A DNA stretch of 64,000 nt from Octopus sinensis (lineage: Eukaryota): positions 36,580,001 through 36,644,000 of the forward strand of contig NC_043006.1 of assembly GCF_006345805.1 (NCBI RefSeq), written 5' to 3'. Below, one piece after another: positions 13,101-26,200 of the stretch. The notes beneath the pieces are model-generated. The model ran no database searches and was not told the origin of the DNA. It was given only the letters and a program-made list of their open reading frames with translations. The position numbers and the translations under genes were made by a program. The number at the start of each line of letters is the position of its first letter. The stretch's first letter is position 1.

Positions 13101-14137
13101 CCTTGGGTTCAAACTCAGAATGGAGATGACATCCATCCACTGACCAAAATTCTCCAATAGTGTAGTGCCATTATTTTTGCACTCTAGCTGCATCAGCTAT
13201 TTCTTTCAGACCCTCCCTATCTTCTCCTCCTCCAAACCATCCCCCTGATTTCTTCTTATTATTATTATTAATAATAATAATAAAGTAATACTATTCTGAT
13301 CACTGAGCTAACATAGGTCTAAAGTTTTATTACCTTAACCCTTCCGCCAATCCAATCCACTTCAACTCTCGTGCTTTTATTCTATCATTAAACTGTCTTC
13401 CAGTCAAAACCATATTTTAACCATTCTCACTCCTTGACTTTGATCTCGTTCTTTACTTACTCATTTCTCTGTCTTTCATTACCTCTATCCCTGCAACTTA
13501 CTCATTTCATCTTGCCCTCCACACCTCCTCTCTCTCTCTCTCATGATACATCTCTATCTCATACACACACACACACATCGCTCATTCTGTCTCTCTCTCT
13601 CTCTGTTCATCTCCTTTTTCTGTTTATTCTCTTCCTCTTTGTCTTTTCCTTTCTCCACCTCTGTATCTTTCAACTACTCTCACGCCACCTCACCAGCCTC
13701 CAGTTGTCAGCAGAATGGAAAACCATTAGACTTATTGAAGCTTACATGTCCCTGTCTATAGATGGTACATACATTATACTTGCATACTCACATACATTCA
13801 TATACACATTCACTTTGCACAAATGCACACACACACACACACACACATACTCACACATACGCATTTACATACTCCCACAGATGCACATACACACACGGAA
13901 CAATTATCTTGAAAGAACGAATGCTAAGAAGATATGGGATTGTCAGTAGGACATCTATTTTTTGGTTATTCTTGTCATGTAAGAAACCATCATCGTCATT
14001 GTTGTCATCATCATCGTCGTTGTCATCACTGTCATTATTATCATCAGCATTAAATCATAATATTGCATGTTTGTTGTAATACCAAGCTCAGCTTAATGTT
14101 CAAGTGCATTGCATTTTCCTTTTCATTTGCTGTACGC

Positions 14138-14207
<70 letters not shown>

Positions 14208-14297
14208 CATACATATATTTACATACATATATATATATACATATATATATACATACATACATATACATACATATATATATATAATATATATATATAA

Positions 14298-14331
<34 letters not shown>

Positions 14332-14416
14332 CATATATATACATACATATATACACATTCATATAAATATACACATACATACATATGCATATATATATAT
14401 ATACACACACACATAC

Positions 14417-14449
<33 letters not shown>

Positions 14450-14551
14450 CACATTCATATAAATATACACATACATACATATGCATATATATATATACAT
14501 ACATACATACATACATATATACATACATACATATATATACATACATAATAC

Positions 14552-14624
<73 letters not shown>

Positions 14625-16480
14625 CATATATACATACATATATATGCACATATATATATATACATACATATATTTGTACACACATACCCATGTAGGTATA
14701 TACACTCATGCACATGTGTGTGAGTTGATTGCCATGCTAGTTTTCCTCAAAGGATATGGATGTTGCAGTTCATAAACAAAGTTGTGCTAGTCGGAGCAGT
14801 CCTCCTATCTTGTCAAATTGTATATTTATAATATTCACCATTACACCCTTTAGCACATTGCCATAACCACCCCCAACACTACCATCACTGTGCACTGGAT
14901 TATATTTTTAGTATTGTTTGTGTCTTCAGCCCCTTCATTGTGCTTCTCTCATATTTCTATTTTTGGGTCTCTATATTTGGAAAAATGTTTCTTCAGGTTC
15001 TTCCAAGAAGATATTTCTAACATCTTTTCTTTATATTGTGATCTTCAAATATCAATAAACATGAATACTTGTATCATTGTAAGAGTTTTTGAGAATAGCA
15101 ACAGGGCAGTTTGTGCTTAGCTCTCGATACTTTGTTGCATGTGTCTTACTGTTCATGATTCTAGCAGTATATGGCATGTTGTTTAGCCCCAGGTCAATGA
15201 TGAATCAGCATATTTATGATCAATGACATTCCAGTGCATAACCATTCTATCTTATTCTCAGATATAGTCTATTTAGGACTACATCATCCAATGTGTACTT
15301 CTTCATTTAGGATGGTAGGATGTGAGTTGAAAAGAAATCTAGCTGCTTTTTCTAAGAGAGTGATTGACCATGTTGAAATTCCCTCATTGGCTGTTATTCT
15401 ATGTAAAAACTATTGCTGCTACTGTTGTTGTTGTTGTTTAGCTCTATCTTCAGATCGGTCCTGATTGGACAGGCCTGTAATCAAAGGAAATTCCAGTCAT
15501 TACATCATCATCTTAATATGTCCATTTTTCCAGTTGTTCAGTGGGTTTACGGAAGCAATGTTCTTTGACTGCGAAGTGTAAAAGACAGAAAAGGTCTTTT
15601 ACTTTGAGTTGGCAAATGACTCCTAAACGGAACATCTCAGACACAGACTGGAATTTGTTGTGCAACCCCCAGACACTTTCCACACTAGTCACAGGCCAAT
15701 AGATAGAATTCCCAAGAACCCCTTAATCACACATATCTGTTTTTGCTTGGACAATAAGATGTGATCTGAAGCAATGACGTGTTGATGTGCATTGAGTGTT
15801 GGCAGTAGAATTTATTTGTGGCAAAGAGAGAAAGCGTGAGTGGCAACAGAGCCTAATTGATGAAGGTGTAGTCTAGCCCTAGGTCAGCCCTGTAATGCTC
15901 AAAATGCATTACAGTCATGACCATCCTGATGTTTCTGTTACAGACATTATCTCAGACTACATTATCCAATGTTTCTTTCCTTGTTTTTTTTTTTAATGGA
16001 AGCACATGTTTTAAGGGGTATTGAGTTACTATTTCTAACAGGTCGAGACCACATAAAGGCAACTTTGTTAGTTTTTTCTCAACAATGAAGAATGAGTCTA
16101 CTTTGAGAATGGTAATTTTCATGTATGACAGTGTGACAGTGTGACACAGGATTGAGACGAATGATATATACTGAACTATAAAACATGTCCAGTCTGTGCC
16201 AATATAGATGGATGACGCTGACGATGGTGGTGGTGGTGGTGGTGGTGGTAGTGGTGGTAATGGTGATGATGCTGCTATCACCAACATTGATGGCAGTGGT
16301 GACAAAGACAATGTATATTGTGTGTGCTTACACTACTTGATTTCTGAGAGAATGGTTTTTATTGGGAAACATTAATATTAATGATTATGTGCATTTGTGT
16401 GTACACACATAAAGAGATTGTGTGTGTGTGTGCGTGTGAACACATGCATACAAATATACAATTGTGTTTGTGTGTGTATG

Positions 16481-16526
<46 letters not shown>

Positions 16527-17235
16527 ATATATATGTGTGTGTGTATATATATATATATAATTATTTAACATCCATCTTTCCTGCTGGCATGGGTTAAACG
16601 ATTTGACAGGATCCAATGAGCCAGAGTATGGCATCGTGCTCAAAATGTCTGCTTTGGCATGGTTTCTATGGTTGGATGCCCTTCTTAACATCAACCAGTT
16701 TACAGATTGCACTGTGTGCTTTTCTCATGACACTGGGATGAAGGAGGTCACTATGTAACTAGCATGACAAAGAAAAGAACTCATCTCACCTGAGTGGGGA
16801 TATTATATAGGTGACTTTAAGCCAGGTGTTGAGAGGTTAAAATATGACAAGGACAATGAGATCTTGCTGTATGGAAGAGATACATGACTGTCTCACGTTA
16901 TATAGGGGTGAGTGGGAATAGCTGGAAGGGAGATAGAGATGTTAGTGAATTGGTGATGGAGCATAGTGTCAAGGTACAAAAAGGTGAGTGTAAAAGAGAA
17001 TATGGACAGGGAGGAGAGTGGTAGGTGGTTTAGGATGAAACTGGAAGGTAATGTAGTGAATAATGTACAAGGGTGGAAGTGTGGTCAGTGGAAAATATCA
17101 ATCAGTAATGGAGGAAGAAGATAAGAGATGGGCCAAGTAGCTGTACGGGGTGGGGGTGGATGGAGAACAGCAGTATAACAAAGCTGTTAAGAGATCAGAA
17201 AATATTTATATAAATGTGTGTATATACATACATAC

Positions 17236-17274
<39 letters not shown>

Positions 17275-20200
17275 TACTACATACATATACATATATACAC
17301 TTATATGCATATGTTTGTATACACATACATACACATGTATATAGACAGATGATCATAAATATTCATTTTTGCCAATAAAAAAACATTGTCACTCGGAAAT
17401 CAAATAATGAAAGCACACTGTCCATTGTCTTTGTCCTCACTACTATCAATGTTGGTGGTTCCAACACCATCATCATCATCATTATTTTTACAATCATCTC
17501 TCCATATTGGCACCGACTAGACATATGTATGCTACCATGTAACATAACACAACATAGATTGTGTGTGTGTGTGTCTTAGTTCTTTATTGCCAACCTTATA
17601 GATACAAATAAAATACTTGATACATCAGGAAGTAGACTGATAGATTTTTTTATTAACTGACCTTTACAGAATTATTTTTGTTTTAGTTCAAAGTGAATCA
17701 TGACACAAACAGCCATTGTTGATAAAAAGAATATTTATTCAGTAACTTTGGGAGGTGGAAGGGAAACAAGATAATAGATGAGTGTTATCAAGTTCACAGT
17801 GTGTTTATAATTTGGTGTTATGGCCTTGGACCTCCCCCCCTCCCAACATACACACATACAGTCAAACTCATGTTCACAGGCACATATGGAGAAATCTCAT
17901 CACTGTCATCAGTGTACATGCTCCATCTCTGGATTTTGAACACGATATCGAGAAAACCTATTTATGAATCCGATCCATTACAAACACACACACACATATA
18001 TATATATAAAAATAGATACATGTATATATGTGTGTGTATATATGTATTTATTCACATGTATATTTATATAATGTATATTTTCATTTAACGGCTGTTTTCC
18101 ATGCTGGTATGGATTGGATGATTTGACAGGTGTCAGCATGTAAGAAGACTATGCCAAGCTCTACTGTCTGCTTTGGCATATTTTCTATAGCTGGATGCCT
18201 TTCCTAATGCTAACCACTTGGACTGGGTGTTTTTTATGTGGCACCAGCAGCAGTGGGGTCACTGAATAATTTGTAAGGTATATGTATATATGAACCTGTT
18301 ATTCTTAGCCACTGGACAGGACATTTTTGAATTCTTCTTGATCATCCAGCTTACATCAATGCTGATCAGCTGATGGTGAGCAGATTCCGCAGTTTTCTTT
18401 TTGTCTTGAGCTTAAATGTCCTCCAACTAACACTGAAGTTCAAACAGCCAGTTGTAAAAGGAAGAATAACAAGTCTCTCCAGGGCTAAACAACATTCCTG
18501 TCAAAATTTTCCAAAAAAGGCAGGCAATTACTGGTTACCCATTTGGATCATCTCCTCATCTGGGAGAGACAAGAAGCTTTGACTTAAAGGAGGTTTTGTG
18601 ACAATCTTCAAGAATGGATATCAAGTGGATTGTGGCAACTTTAGAGGAATTTTGCCCTTCTCAAATGCTGGAAAAATCTTTGCAAGGATCTTGTTAGAAT
18701 GTCTCCAACCAATAACTAAATCTGTACTTAAGTCACAGAATCAATTTTGTTATGGACATAATTTTTGCCACTCATCAATTACAAGAAAAAGCCAAGAGCC
18801 ACAATAAGTCACCTGCTCTGACCAAGATTATTGATAGCATATGCAGGAAAACACCGTCAAAAATACTTCAAGAACTTGACATCCCACCAAAATTTCTTGT
18901 CATTATTTGCTCTCATTATAACAACCTACAATGTACAGTGCTATCAAATGTACTGACATCACCATTTTTAAGATCAAAACTGGTTAGAAGCAAAGAGATG
19001 TCTTTGATGAAATTACTTCATTTTACTCCAGTTTACTCATTTGAAAATGAGTATCATCTGCCCTCTGGTGCAATTTTCTCTCAACTGTCTGTTCATGATG
19101 TTTCAGTGGGTCACGGTTGGAGAGGTGTGTCATGACTTCATGGTTATCTAAAGCAATTAGCAAAAGCATGGTACATTCTTAGTCATATTCACTTGTGATG
19201 ATGGCTATGGACACACACTCATGCACATGCACACACACACACACACACACACACTACTGAACACTGATGAGGTGTTTTAACAAGATTATATGATGTTTCA
19301 CTATAATTATGCAATCCTGCCTGTAAATTATGAACCATGTGTATGTTTATAAAGCATAGTATACCATACCTGCTTTCTGTATTTTATTAATCCATATTTA
19401 TTTTCATAAGGAAATACACGAAGCCACTGGTTGCCTTACAATGAACTCCATCGAGGAGAATTTGCCCGCCGACTGAAGAACTTACGAACCCAGCAGGTAA
19501 ATTTGTTGACAGTGTTGTTACTTCTTTAATAATTCTAAAGCAACAACTTCTTTATTAAACAACTCTTCATAAATTCTTATTATTAATATTATAATTTTCA
19601 GACAGTAGTCAAACTGTAGGATTGATTCAATTAAATGTGCCCAACATTTAAACTTTGTGATTGAGTTCCAATATTATAAAATGTTTTTATTAAGTGTTGG
19701 GGAGGAATGACAAATATGACAGAGCAGTAAACAAAATGCCTTTACATTTCTGAGTTCAAATGTCACCAAAGTCTGTTGTGCTTTTCATTCTTTGGGGGTG
19801 ATAAAGCAAGTACAGGTACAACATTGATTTTCTGAAACCTTTGGTTCTAAAGCCTTTCTGGATTACTGATTTTTACAAACCAGCTATGGTCACCTTGGTC
19901 AACCCATTCTAAATTAAACAAGTATTAAATTTTGAATGATTAAATACAGGTACTTGCTCATTAGTGTAAATTGGTGCAAGTTATAAGAGGTTCTAAACTG
20001 TCAGTGTCCAGATGGTCAGTGTTGTACTTGGATTGATCAAACTGACAATATGCATTCCTTAAAATTTAAACCATTATTATTATTGATTGTCCATCAATTT
20101 TTTTTTTTTTTTGTGGAAGGTGTTTTTAAAGTTCCTTTCAGTTTTTCTTTTTCTTTTTTGCCTACAGAACTCCCGTGGAGATATTAATGTTGAAGTGAAG

Positions 20201-23200
20201 TTGGCTCTTATTTTTGACTCATCAGTTGTAAGTATGATCCAGAAAGTGCCATATTTGATGATATATCAGATGATCTCCACCCCACAAAAAAAAAAAGGCT
20301 CAAAAGTTAGCAATTTAAAGTCGCCATATCTGGCTCAAATAGTCAACCTGTTTTACACTCAGACCAGTCAGATCCAGTGTCTCACACCTACCCTACCATG
20401 TTGTTCTAGGAATAGTAATCACATTGTCAAAATTTTGTAGCTACAACACAATGCATGATTAATTCAAAGCAATGTCAATGAATAAGCAGTACATTTGATA
20501 GAATAAACCCTTTTCTCTGTTAGAGAGACACAAGCACACCGAATGTTAAAGGCTTAATGCACTATAAACTACTTTTGCCTTGAATATGCAGTGCTGAAAA
20601 TGGGGTGCATCTAATATGCCATGAAATACAGTAAATAAAATTTAACTGTCTGTCTGTCTTCAGCAAAGAATGGTCAAAAGTAAATTTTGAAATATTTAGA
20701 CCTATTTGTTTTCATTTGGCCTTGACTTGTATCTAGTTCCTTTACCGAATGACTTCTAGAGATGTTTACAGTCTATTTGTTTGGCAATGTACTAAAATTT
20801 GTTTTGAGCTGTTGATTGACCCTAAGTAATTTCTTCATGATGCTGACCACATGGCCTTGGGTTCAGTCCTGCAGTGCAGCACTTGGGTCAAGTGTCTTCT
20901 ACTATAGCCCCAGGCCAACCAAAGTCTTGTGAGTGGATTTGATAGATGGAAACTGTGTGAAAGTATGTTATATACATATATATGTGAATGAGTATGATGT
21001 TTGTGTGTACCCTTGTCTTGATATGGTTGTAAATGAGCATCACTGTCATTTCCAGTCTTCCGTGAAAAACATGTCTGACCAGTGGTAAGTATTACTTGGC
21101 TTGGAAGCAGGTGAAGGTTGGTGACGTGAGGAGCAACCATCTGTAAAAATATCTGCCTCAGTGTATATTCCACTCAACCCTTGCAAGCATGGAAAAGTAG
21201 ATGTTAAATAACGATGGCAATAAGAGCTACTACTGACCATGTTGATAGGATGTTGACACATAGGAATGAACTAGCTGATGTACTTTATTTTAGGCCAAGA
21301 CACTCTTCAAAATGGCTCATATGTAAATGAGGAGATAGCAGCGGTGGTAGCTCTGTATAAATGGTGAAGTGTCCACAGATTTACAGAACTGAGTTCAAAT
21401 TTTGCTATATATGTGTTGCTGTGAGAATGATGGGATCTACCAGTCTGACTTACCCTAAAGCAGTGGTTCTCAACTGGTTTTTACCTAGTGACCCTTTGAT
21501 TCCCATTTTATTTGGATGGACCTTCATAGCCATTCAGTGTTTAAAAAATTCTTTTTATAATTAAATATCATAAGAAATTGTATAAAAAAAAGTTTAAATA
21601 TTTTTGTGTATTGTAAGAGTATAACCAATTTATTACACACATATTTTAAGAATTGGAATCTTCTGTAGATTCCCAAGGGTTGTATGGACCCGAGTTGATA
21701 GCCACTGCTAAAGGCACTTCATGGAGATGAGGTGTTTCTTTCTTCAGTGCTACCTATCCTCCTTACTACAACTCTGTGGTCTATGACACTTATATTTATT
21801 TTATCTATTTTTCAGTACAAACCCCTTAACCTTACCAGACCTGATATGCTGCGCTATGCCCTAGGAACAACTAATATCCTTGATGCAGTAAGTGTGTCTA
21901 TTTTGATGTTTCATTTGATACTCTTGTCCATACTGCAATTATGTTACCATGTCTTATGTTATTTTTGACTCCTATGTCAATCCTATTCAAGACCTATGAT
22001 CTAAGTTATTCAGCCCATAATTACCTTGTGTGTTTAAAGCTATCTAGGACTACATTATCTATTGTGTTTTTGTCTTTTTAAAGTAAGATTGTAATTTGAA
22101 AGAGATTTGGCTGAAATTTTTATCCATGAAAATAATAAGGCATGTTGAGCCAATGAGAGAGCTTGTACATGGTCAGGTGACTATTTAGAGTCTCTCTTGT
22201 TTACTCAATATTATTATTTTCAAGATTAATGGATGAATAGTAGACTCAATAAATTACTGTATTCAGTTATGTCTTATGTTCTCTTTCAAATCATTTGTAC
22301 TGACATTGAGTCTTTTTTCCATCCTTCCAGTGTTCAATAAACTAAATCCCAGTTATTTATTAAACTCAATGTAACTAACTATAACCTCTCTATGGCTTTG
22401 CACATATATTATGCCTATATTACAGTTCTTTATTTTAATGAGCTCTAGTTTTACTTGTATTATTTTCGTTTTTCTTCTTTGTATGCTTCTAACTTTATTT
22501 ATATTTGTATTAAATGAGTTGTTTAAGTTTCTGACGTTATTAATAATTATGAAAAATGTTAAGTTTGTGAGACAAGTTATTTTAGTAATTTGAAATTTAC
22601 TAAGCTATTAAACTCATCATGTTTTGTTTTCTTTTTAACTTTTTATCCTTTGTAGTATACTTACTATGTACTGAAGCTCTTCATTCTCTATGGAGCACAA
22701 GCCATCGAGGACTTTTCTCTGCTGTTCTCAACTCTAGGCTGTCTTTTCTGTTTCTTCTCCCTAGTCTTGTTGGTCCTACACAAACCCATTTTAACTCTGG
22801 GAAGAAATGGTGCATATTAGATTAGTCTGACTTCTGTCCTTTGACCTGTCCAGCATGGGAGGCCTTACCAAGAGCTTACACTCCAGTATAACTTTCGGGA
22901 TCATTGAGGCACACAAGCCACCACACTGCAACAAGGATATGAACTTGTGGTGGTCTTTGTAGTGTATTTTAATTGATCTAATCTCTGATTACCTTCAGTT
23001 GCACCTCCACTGCATGCACATACACACATGTATGATTGTATAACATGTGATCTATTATTTAAGTATCTAATGACAAACAAGTGTAGAGTGGTCAGAGACT
23101 ATTTGAACCAGATGTTGTATATCAGAGGGTTTTCTCCTCAACTTTTCCAATAGAAATATTACTTACTAGTCAAGAGAGGTTTGTTTTTGAAGCTTTCCTT

Positions 23201-26200
23201 TCTCCACTTACAGACAAAAGCTCCACTGATGGAACTTTCATCTCTGAAAAATACACATAGAAATTAGTGGAAAGGCTAAAAATAGGGAGAAGAAAAGATT
23301 GGTTTAGGAGAGGTGATGAGGACATGTTCAGGTGTTGTGTTCCCTATGATCTAAGCTGTGGATTTCTATCTTTGATAGGGGCATGCATATTTGTTGTTTG
23401 TTTGTATATTTGTTATAATGTTTGTTTCTTTCTTACAGTATTACAAAGAAGTGTCTGTACGGTTGTCTTTGGTGTACATGGAACTGTGGAACAGTGAGAA
23501 CCAGATTGAGGTTAGTTCTAATGTCAGGGAAACTTTGACGAACCTTCTGGAATTCAAAAGGAATAACATGCCACAGGCTCTCAACAACACCCTGGTACAT
23601 CTCGTCACGTAAGTGTGCTCGGCTACCTCATCCTCCTCCCTTCCCCTCTCTGTATCTAGTTATCTACCTATCTCCATCCCCCTCTCTCTCTCTCTCCATT
23701 CCTTTTCTCTCTCTAATTATCCCACATTATGTAGTAGATTAGTTGTTTTGTAGCTGATTATGGAGCTCTGTTGGTATTAAAATGTCCCTGATAGTATCTA
23801 TGTGTGTATAAAAAAGAAAAAAAGACAATCTCTTTAAAAATACAATTTTTTTATTCTTCTTGTTTTATGCAGGAGTCAGGAACTGGACCACAAGGTATCT
23901 GGGATGTCGATTCCAGATTCTCTCTGCACAGATAGAGCAGTTGGTGTTTCCAGGGTATGTATGACCTTTGTACTGCTTAGAGAAGGCTTTCATACTGTCT
24001 CAATTTTCTTCATTGTTTCTAACAGCTATCAGGAATGGAGGATTATTTTTTAAATAGTTATTTAACCAGAAGGAATCCTTGATGGCAGTGTTAAACAGTT
24101 GAGGTTTTAAATTTCAGCAATCATAATATACAGGTCTAAATAACTCAAATTCTTATTTCTATCAATGTCGTCATTAAAAACAATTATTATTATTATTATA
24201 TTTACAAAGCAGAAAGGTGGTGAGCACATTGGACAAAATGCTTAGCAGCATTTCTCCTGGTTCTTTACATTCTGAGTTCAAATTCTGCCATGGTCATTTT
24301 GCCTTTCATCCATTCGGTGTCAATTGAATTCATGGTCTGATCAATAAGTATCTGGACTGTTGCTATAGTAACGAAGCTAAAGCACGCAGAGTGAAGCTGC
24401 TTGGCACAGATTGACTTTGAACTCTACTGTGCATGCGCACTAAGTTTTAACGTTCTAGCTCACTTCACTACAGCAGTGCTTAGAAGGAAGGTGTGTAGTG
24501 TGTGATTGTTGCATTGACCATGACAGAGAAAGTTGAGCAAGGAATCTGCATCTAATTCTGCCAAAAGCTTGGCAATACCTGTTCAAAGGCTTATGCAAAG
24601 TTTTCAAAAAAATTTTCAGCATTCTTGACACAGTCAAAGAAATCTTGTGCAACTGCAACCCAAGTGTCTTTTTGGTCAATTGAAAGCAGTTTTGGCACAA
24701 ACTTGGCAGACATGTGTCTCATACCCAAATCTTCAATGATATTAGACTGAACTGAACCATAACTAATCTGCACATCTTTTGATAACTCATGGATTGTGAT
24801 TCAATGATTTTCTCTCACAGCAGCACACACATCTACGATGTTTTTCTCAGCTCTGCTGGTTGCAGGTCTCCCAGAACATTTGTCATTATCGTTAATTTTT
24901 TGGCCATCTTAGAAACGTCTGAACCACTCATACACTTGTGTGCAGCTCATACATTCCTCTCCATACACTTTCTGCAACTTTGTGCAGTTCTCTGAACAGG
25001 TATCGCCATGACAACTTTCTCTCTCGTGGTCAAATGCAATGATCACATGCTGCACACCTTCCTTGCAAGCACTGCTGTAAGCAGTGGAAGTAAGCCAGAA
25101 CGTTAAAACTTAGTGCACATGTACACTTCCATTCCAAGTTCAAATCCTGCTGAGTTCAAATTTCATCCTACCAGGTTCAATAAAATCAATCAAGTACTGG
25201 ATATCAATTAAATAGTCTATTTTCTCTTCCAAAATATGTGGTCAAAATGTAAGATGGTAAATATTAGTTGATGTTTATGCAATGAAAGGGTCAGGGGCTA
25301 CCAACAAAACTAATATATCAGCAAAGCAAATATGGTATGCTGGATGAAATAACATTGTTTATTTAGTTATTTTCAGTGATCAGATCCACTTAGTTCTAAG
25401 GGATTGTTGTTTAAACACATTGATTGAGCAAAACTAGGCTTGAAGATAATCCAACCATAACTATCTCACCTCATCTTTTTAGAGATGTCTTGGGCTACAT
25501 TATCCAATTCCTTCCTTCCTATATGAGGAAGATTTCACCACAATTTCTAATAGGTCAAATGAACATATAAAGGCTCCTATGTCGGCTTAACCAAACTCTA
25601 AAGAAGTGTGGATTAATTCACTATTGCAAGCAGTGGAAGTGTTATGAAATTCATTTCTACTTTAGGCACAAGGCCTGAAATTTGGGTGGAGAGGACCAGT
25701 TGATTAGATTGACCCCAGTACGCAACTGGTACTTAATCTATCGACCCTGAAAGGCCAGAATGTAAAGCCAGACAAAATACAGCTAAGCATTTCACCCAGT
25801 GTGCTAACGTTTCTGCCAGCTTGCCATTTTGGAAGTGTTATGAAATTGACATGTGTTCTGTTCACTTGCAGTGCTGAATTCAAATCCTCCAGTGGGAAGA
25901 AGGTCATTAATTAGTTGAATAGATAAAACAATTTACCTTGTAATTTGGTAAACAATTTTGTTGGTAACCTAAATTAACTTGCTTTACATACTGAAAAATA
26001 TAAAGAAATAACATGATATTTACTCATGTATGAGTCACACTATTTTATGCTTGATTTTAGCTGAAAAACTGGAGTGTGACTTATACATGGGGCAAAGCTA
26101 AAACTATGTATGAAAGGAAAACATTTTGTACCAAGATTTAACACTAAATTAAGGTTGTGACTTGTACTCAAGTAAATATAGTAAATTATGATTTCCTGGG

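Noticed and set aside
14100-14775. Long ORFs of 160-220 aa rich in YI, HT or CV (also near 6036-6440, 9971-10233, 16397-16597)
   Set aside because: They are translations of (TA)n/(CA)n microsatellites, which lack stop codons in several frames.
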